Below, in pieces: positions 63,987-64,000 of a stretch of 64,000 nt of DNA. The translations under genes were made by a program, and so were the position numbers. Positions within the stretch are counted from its first letter, which is position 1. Every line of letters starts with the position of its first letter. Origin of the DNA: Andalucia godoyi And28 (Eukaryota; Protista; Jakobida); assembly GCA_009859145.1 (NCBI GenBank), contig VRVR01000050.1:62001-126000 (forward strand). Direction: 5' to 3'. The notes beneath the pieces are model-generated. The model was not told the origin of the DNA, made no database searches, and saw only the letters and a list, made by a program, of their open reading frames with translations.

Positions 63987-64000
63987 GCTGTGAATAGCTT

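Overview
Gene-dense nuclear DNA of a flagellated unicellular eukaryote. It has about 30 protein genes, most without introns; the introns present are mostly ~110-200 nt GT-AG with GTATGT/GTACGT donors, and UTRs are microsatellite-rich. A jakobid/discoban origin is only my impression. Recognisable genes: HBS1/SKI7, ACBP, TSC1-like, mitochondrial sHSP, CFAP157-like, ADP-ribosylglycohydrolase, DUF167, LSM2, RPL15, RPL10, PSMG2, dTMP kinase, CDC40, an ANTH adaptor, MSH2, a MAP70-like protein, and tRNA-Pro(UGG), which the ORF track does not show. Three segments look foreign or mobile. (1) A ~1.45 kb phage-like island (~5530-7000) carries an HNH nuclease gene, a paralog without the nuclease domain, Shine-Dalgarno-like TGAGGTAT motifs and an array of operator-like palindromes. 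(2, 3) Two internally deleted IS607-type elements lie in inverted orientation (~40369-41272 + and ~43450-43990 -). Each holds fragments of a TnpA serine recombinase and a Fanzor2 (TnpB-like) nuclease, and they share a conserved, partly structured 3' end, the likely omegaRNA scaffold. The supplied track mislabels the ORF at 11650-13566, which is on the + strand. All family assignments come from motif recognition by eye; no database search was run.
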